64,000 nucleotides of DNA from Tubulanus polymorphus (taxonomy: Eukaryota > Animalia > Nemertea): contig NC_134025.1 in assembly GCF_964204645.1 (NCBI RefSeq), forward strand, positions 8,060,001-8,124,000, read 5' to 3'. The position numbers and the translations under genes were made by a program. The notes beneath the pieces are model-generated. The model had not been told where the DNA came from. It was given only the letters and a program-made list of their open reading frames with translations, and ran no database searches. Position 1 is the stretch's first letter, and every line of letters begins with the position of its first letter. Below are positions 61,240 through 64,000 of the stretch, one piece after another.

Positions 61240-61930
61240 CTTTTATTCTGCCTAATTCTGATTTTGGAAATAACTATATCGTTGAAGATAATTATACAAT
61301 ATTTGGTCTTTTTTTAATGTAACTAGTCCGAAAGTTTACAATGTTTAATAATTTTGTCCAACTTCAATTTTTTTGGTCGTTTTCACCGTTTAAATAGTCG
61401 AAGCACATATTAAGTGACTGATTGGGGTTAACTTTTTTTCTGCCTAATTTAATACATCGAGATTTTGGAAATAACTGTATATTACAATATTTGGTCTTGA
61501 TTTCATGAAACTAGTCCGAAAGTTTACAAGGTTGAATAATTTTATCTATTTTTTTCTGCCTTATTTAATATATCGAGATTTTGGAAATAACTATATTTTA
61601 CAATATTTGGTCTTTTTTTCATGTAACTAGTCCGAAAGTTTACAAGGTTGAATAATTTTATCTATTTTTTTCTGCCTAATTTAATACATCGAGATTTAGA
61701 AAATAACTATATTTTACAATATTTGGTCTTTTTTTCATGTAACTAGTCCGAAAGTTTACAAGGTTGAATAATTTTATCTATTTTTTTTCTGCCTAATTTA
61801 ATACATTGAGACTTTGGAAATAACTATATTTTACAATATTTGGTCTTTTTTTCATGTAACTAGTCCGAAAGTTTACAAGGTGGGAGAATTTTGTCTAACT
61901 TTAATTTTTTTGTCATTTTCACCGTTTAAA
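61240..61930. repeat. ~118-bp AT-rich tandem repeat, about 5 units
   Basis: ttctgcctaatttaatacatcgagattttggaaataactatattttacaatatttggtc...aactagtccgaaagtttacaagg is repeated. Confidence 0.9.
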
Positions 61931-64000
61931 TTTGTCTAATTTTTTTAAGTTTATTGTAGTTTTTCTCGAGTATGTCTGAAATCGAATTACATAATTGGGA
62001 AATTCGATTCAAACTATCTTCCCATCAGTCTGAAAAGAGCTGAAGAAAAGAGCAGAACCTTTTGAGCAGAAAATCCTTTGGAATATCACTGATCATAATT
62101 ATCATGTCAATTCATATATAAGATTAGCAACGTGGATCGATACATAGATTTTAATAATAGTCTTAAATGATATTTATGAAATTCAACTCATATAGTAATT
62201 CATCTATATTCTAAATATCTAAGCAATGGTTGATTATTATAGTTTAACAACAATTCAACTAAAGAAAATTCATCTATAGTCATCTTTAGGAATACCAGAG
62301 TTACAACAAATTTAGTAATGCATAATCAATCTTATCAAATCGTTTTTGAACTGTTTTCTCTTCTATCTTCTTGAAATTCTTGATGTGTCTTTTATTGAAA
62401 CCCAGGCCCATCATACAGTGCAAACCTGCTAGTAATATTGGCCTATATATATTTCGATTGTCAGCTAAACAATGTTCGTATTATCAAATTTACTTCATTG
62501 CAGTTAATAAACTTAAGAGATGTTTTCTACCCACAGATGGCGACATCTGTACCCAGTGAATGGTATTCTAATCCATTTCATTAATTCTAAATATTGCTCC
62601 TAATATATACAATGATTTTGTAATTATGATAATATAACTAACTGAAGAGTGAGTGCGCTGCCAGCATTGAGCACACTGATCCTATAAGTAACATGGTTCT
62701 ACAGATTTAAGAAACCTCGAATCATTCCCACAACTCGACAAATCCAGAATTCTGCAAAGCCTTAAAGATTCAATAAATCCCACGCACTAGAGACCCAGTA
62801 TTCTTTATATATCAACCAATATTGAATTATACTTATCAACCCCTATGGTTTAGATTTGAGCACTTTTACCTTATATGAAGATGCTGAATTAGATACCTAA
62901 TCTATAAGTTAATTGATAATGTCCTAGCTATAATTGAAATTGTCTCGGACAATATTTTATATGGGGCTTGAAATTTCTACACGAGAAGAATTTCAGATCC
63001 GGTACGAATTTGAATTAATCACTATTTGAACTGCTAATTTTGCAACAGAGCTTTTGATACCTAGCTTAACTAACCCAGAATCCCCAAAAACCTAACTGAT
63101 TCAACAGATCCCACACACACATGTGGCCCAGTTAGACGCAGATGACATTGCGCGATACAGTCGTCTCATCCACTGTGCAATTTTGAATAAGTTTCACTTA
63201 TATTCATTACATTGAATTAATTTTAATTAAATTCTAGGTATCTAAGCGAACCATTAATTAGTAATCATACTAGCTATATTTTAATTGTCAGTTGAACAAT
63301 ATTTATATGGAGCCTGAAAATCTACATGAGTAGAATTTCAGATGTGGTGAATTCGTCACTATTTGAATTCATCAGAAATTAAAGATAAAAAAGCATATTT
63401 TTAGTGGTAAATTAGAAATTCCCTTAGCCGAATGGCTATATAATCTTTATTTCCCTTATATAGTACACCGTGTATAAGGACCAAAAGACCTTGTTATGAC
63501 CGGACCTCCCTGGTGCGGTGCGAGTCATGATGCTAGAAAATAGTTTGAAGGAGAGGGGTTAGTGAAAGAGAGCTATTAGCAAGAGGAATAAGACCTAAGT
63601 TTAGGATATCCTGTCAGAATAAGGCTTTCAATCTGACATACACAGTGAAATTGAAATATTCCCCCTTCCAAATCCAGGAATGTATTTGTGCACAGATTCG
63701 ATCGGAAGTAAATCTGCGTTAAATGATTTTGGCAATATGTATCAAAACAAATACAGCTGTGTGAAGACACCATAGGTTCACTTAGATACAGATAAATAAA
63801 TGTGCTCAGATACACATGTATCGGCTACATTTTAAATGTCCATGGAATTAGAAATAATTTCACATAACAATTGAATTAACCTTAATCAATCTAAGTAATA
63901 CATTAATGAGTAATTCATCTTAGATTCTAATTTTCAGTTAAACTATATCTAATATGCGTCACTTGACACACAGTATGGCTTTTAGATATTAATTGAATCA

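Noticed and set aside
62528-62545. CTCF-like motif cccacagatggcgac
   Set aside because: Single imperfect match with no supporting context.

Overview
Gene-dense, AT-rich genomic DNA from an animal with short GT-AG introns (mostly 60-150 bp). The combination of selenoprotein L, a thyroid hormone receptor with a C-terminal tail, CCDC175/LRRC74 and Penelope-like elements suggests a marine invertebrate, probably a lophotrochozoan (inference). Hand-spliced genes in order: CPSF2 (5' end, -), DDX11 (+), COMMD10 (-), selenoprotein L (+; UGA-x-x-UGA diselenide motif and a SECIS, missed by the ORF track), SEC23 (-), LRRC74-like (+), ANGEL (-), thyroid hormone receptor (-), an IkB-like ankyrin gene with kB sites (+), NUB1 (-) and CCDC175-like (-). 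The last ~10 kb is repeat-rich. Mobile DNA includes a Penelope-like retroelement (RT + GIY-YIG + hammerhead ribozyme) split by a 1.75-kb element with ~490-bp TIRs, a Helentron-associated (HINE/DINE-1-like) element carrying a 154-bp satellite, several MITEs and a 76-bp B-box-containing satellite. Most notable observations: a second, non-coding family of short fold-back elements carrying minimal hammerhead ribozymes (three intronic copies); the recoded SelL gene; a D-box/E-box cluster in the THR intron; an identical B-box 12-mer near three Pol II gene starts; and an exact 167-bp duplication of the CPSF2 start exon. Exon boundaries were read by eye and no database searches were run.
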